A stretch of 64,000 nucleotides of DNA from Sminthopsis crassicaudata (Eukaryota). The translations under genes and the position numbers were made by a program. Under the pieces are notes generated by a model, which saw only the letters and a program-made list of their open reading frames with translations, searched no databases and was not told the origin of the DNA. The stretch is from positions 450,658,947-450,722,946 of the forward strand of contig NC_133618.1 in NCBI RefSeq assembly GCF_048593235.1. The letters are read 5' to 3'. Positions 63,993 to 64,000 of this stretch are shown in pieces; within the stretch, counting starts at the first letter, position 1, and every line of letters starts with the position of its first letter.

Positions 63993-64000
63993 AAAGAATT

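Noticed and set aside
1-64000. tRNA, rRNA, snRNA genes and CRISPR arrays
   Set aside because: None seen. tRNA-like A/B boxes occur only in SINE heads.

Overview
Vertebrate genomic DNA, most likely from an Australian marsupial of dasyurid type. This is inferred from young WSINE1-like CORE-SINEs, MAR1/MIR, marsupial-type L1, RTE-like repeats and strong CpG depletion. There are four N gaps. The window holds a near-complete 13-exon SUN5 (SPAG4L) gene on the + strand (about 15374-58100, about 390 aa). Exons 5-13 are recognisable by homology, and exons 1-4 are inferred from splice signals and phase. The first coding exon of BPIFB2 lies on the - strand at the window start, head-to-head with SUN5 as in human, with a candidate TATA promoter near 2900. 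Between the two genes sits a young env-less class II (betaretrovirus-like) ERV at 4365-9064. It has an 816-codon open pol, an in-frame but catalytically degenerate dUTPase, and one complete 3' LTR lacking AATAAA. Its 5' end is truncated, with part of gag inverted. SUN5 introns contain a possible internal promoter with in-frame Kozak ATGs, a pre-miRNA-sized hairpin, a diverged inverted pair of ancient LINE-like RT fragments, a perfect 392-bp tandem duplication, and many L1, L2, MIR and MITE fragments. All identifications were made by eye from remembered family motifs. No database search was run, repeat family names are approximate and repeat boundaries may be off by tens of bases.
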